Positions 61,401-64,000 of a DNA stretch of 64,000 bases are shown one piece after another. The notes beneath the pieces are model-generated. The model did not search any database. It saw nothing but the letters and a program-made list of their open reading frames with translations, and was not told where the DNA came from. A program made the translations under genes and the position numbers. Within the stretch, counting starts at the first letter, position 1; the number at the start of each line of letters is the position of its first letter. The stretch comes from Strigamia acuminata (Eukaryota). The stretch spans positions 15,376,001 through 15,440,000 of the forward strand of contig OX442314.1 of NCBI GenBank assembly GCA_949358305.1. Reading direction: 5' to 3'.

Positions 61401-64000
61401 TTTTGTTAACAAAAAATTGCATTTAAATCGTATATTACAGATCAAAAACGAACTTGACACACTTTTACGACTGTCACCACCTTAATTAACTGGAATTAAA
61501 AGAAATACATTATCATATTTCTAAAAATATGAATTTTTCTAAATATGGTATTGCACGCATTAATTTTTACAAATTTTTGCGAATTTACATAAAAATTACA
61601 ATATTTTCTGCCGGAATAACGTGCAGAAACAAGGTTTAAAACTTTGTAATTGATAGAGAATTCAAATTCAAAATTTATAATAAGTATAGTATAAATAAAA
61701 ATGTGCTCATTCTATTTTAGCTGGCAAACCGCAGTTAAATTTTATGTGCAGAAAACAAAATGTATATTTAATTAAACTGTATACGGAACAGCTATTAAAA
61801 CTAAAACTTTCCACATTTTTTACCCAAAATCAAAAATTTAAATAAATAGTATATAACTCGGAAAATATGAAGTTTCCCTTCAAGCCAATTTTACTATATG
61901 TATGTATTTATATTTCTTCTTTTACCCTGCAGAAAGAAAGAATTATTATTGTTATTTCTTTTATAATTATATTCCATTCACTTTAATTGTTATTATTTTT
62001 AATTTCAAACCAAGAGCATGACAACTGAATAGTTCTTGTGAGAAGAAAATTAGACAACCATTGGCTTAATCTTAAAATTAGCACATAAACTTAAATCCTG
62101 TTCGCGAAATTTTTATTTTCTTATTTTAATTCGTCTTTTACTTTTTAATTTGCAGTAAAATACACGTGAGTGCTGATAAATATATATTTATTTTTTAATA
62201 ATATAAAAGTTAGATAACCATAAAAAGTATGAGTAAAAATAGGGAGAGGTCGGAACTGCACACCTGCCTGCGAAATAGTTGGAATTGACGATAAGATGTC
62301 GAGAGAGGAAGGAACTTTTCAAATTTACGACTCTTTACTTCTCACCGGTGATAGGCAAAATTGTCCATCGCATACAGCGTGTTTCTTCGCAGGGATAGAC
62401 CTCCTGCTGGCACCTTATTGCTTCGGCGCATTGCAATTAAGACACGCAAACCAATTTATAACAAACAACCTTAAAGTTTATTTTTGTTTATTCCGTTATT
62501 TCTTCCTTTATGAGGCTCATTCCAAATGTTGTGATTACCTTTGAGTTATAATGGCTGTTAAACAGTCAAATTATACGTTTTACTAATGACAACGTGTCAT
62601 AAACTTGACTCTATGCAAGATGAAGGACAATTAAAACAGGGAAAATAAAAAAAAATCTCAAAATAATTCAATCAGCTAAATGGTTTCAATTAACATAAAG
62701 CACCACTTATTATTCCGATCAACACATCAGGAAATACAAGCGATAACAAATTATTATATTGAGGAAAAGAGAAAAAAAACATCATCTTACAAATTTTAAA
62801 TACACAATTCAAACCTCAATTTGTAACAGCTGCACCACACGGACGCATTCATCTAAAGGGAACATCATTTACATCATACAATTAATACAATTAAAAGCAT
62901 TATCCTCACAAGAGAATTATTTAATTTTTTTTTAAACATTTTATTTCGTACGCATAAAACCAAATTATCAAAGTCATCGGTACGAGATAATTATTGTGTT
63001 TAGACTTTTTTTTATTATGCAAGTTATGTCCTTCCTAGATTCGAACACGAAAATTGTGTACCCAAGCCACCGCCCCATCCCTCCCGTTTGAAATTTGGTT
63101 ATTTAATGCAAATCCTTTACAATTATCTTTTTGTATATGAGAAAGAGGTATAGAGAACTCCATCGCCCGTCACTGAATATCAACAACTTAATTAGCTTCG
63201 AGCTGTACAGGAAAGAAAAAATTAAAAACGAAAAAGCGTTTAATGACAAGCAAGTTTCTCTGCTTCTGCCTCTTATTTCGGTGTTGTAATTTGGAGCCTA
63301 ATGAACTTGAATGTCTCGTTTTCTTAATATCAAGAGATGAAAATGAGAAGAGTAGTGCAATAAATAAAACATTATGTTTTTAATAAGGCAAAAATAAGGA
63401 CACGGTACAGGGATTTTCATTATCTCCAATTACAGTACAAGTAAAAAGAAAGTAGGAAAAAAGAAGAAAAAGAAGAAAAAAGTAAGCTTTGGATTTCACA
63501 ATAACAAGAAGAGACCAAACATAAAGAGCAAAACTTTTCTGTTTGTTCATTTACTAGTGTATTAATAACAGTTAAATTTATGTACAAAAGTTGATTGTGC
63601 AAATGAGTTTGTTGTGGAAGCTAATAAAATATGATTTCTATTCACACGCTGCACTTCTCGGGTTACCTAAGGTCACACTATACAATGAGGATGAGCTAAT
63701 TTACGACCTCTGGCAGCCCATCGAGGATCCCAAGGTCCCTTAATGAATTTCGGTGAGGATGGGTTACATGAACCCCTCCTACAACAACTCTGGGTTTTCT
63801 CCGTAAAGGTGCGCTCACTCGATAAAGGTACTTTTCATTTCCTGATCTAATTACACGTGCTCGTAAAATCCAATCAGAGGAATTTGTTAGTTTGTGGGCT
63901 TGACAATTTAACTTAGGAATCTCATGTCGGTGTAGTCAGGTCTTTGCCGCGATCTGATTGCATGTCACTTTCAGTAGCTAAATAATTACTGGCTCCCAGC

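Noticed and set aside
1..64000. CRISPR arrays, rRNA or tRNA genes, operon-like prokaryotic systems
   Set aside because: The sequence is spliced eukaryotic DNA. I saw no repeat-spacer arrays or structural RNA gene signatures.

Overview
AT-rich animal genomic DNA, probably from an arthropod and by inference not an insect. About the first 44.7 kb is the 3' half of a + strand homothorax/Meis (TALE-class homeobox) gene. Five coding exons (21139-21278, 27833-27909, 42129-42187, 42786-42869, 42956-43197) splice in frame through canonical GT-AG introns. They encode the full TALE homeodomain and a Met/Gly/His/Pro-rich tail ending VMDIHAG*, which resembles the long vertebrate MEIS C-terminus (VMDIHAQ). 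The N-terminal HM/MEIS domain exons are not in the window, and I found no exon in 1-21138. The large introns hold GC-rich promoter/enhancer-like islands, repeated RFX X-box-like palindromes, CTCF-like motifs, TALE/Hox-type sites and a MITE-like foldback element. The putative 3' UTR has two predicted stem-loops and a long (TTA)n tract. Downstream lie an internally deleted Ty1/copia element with TG...CA ends and a GAAAC target-site duplication (52124-53971) and a related candidate solo LTR near 47.6 kb. Nearly all other ORFs in the track look spurious. I see no convincing novel multi-gene system. The most interesting signals are the C-terminal isoform architecture, the cis-regulatory motifs and the 3' UTR structures. 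All motif work was done by eye and is not exhaustive.
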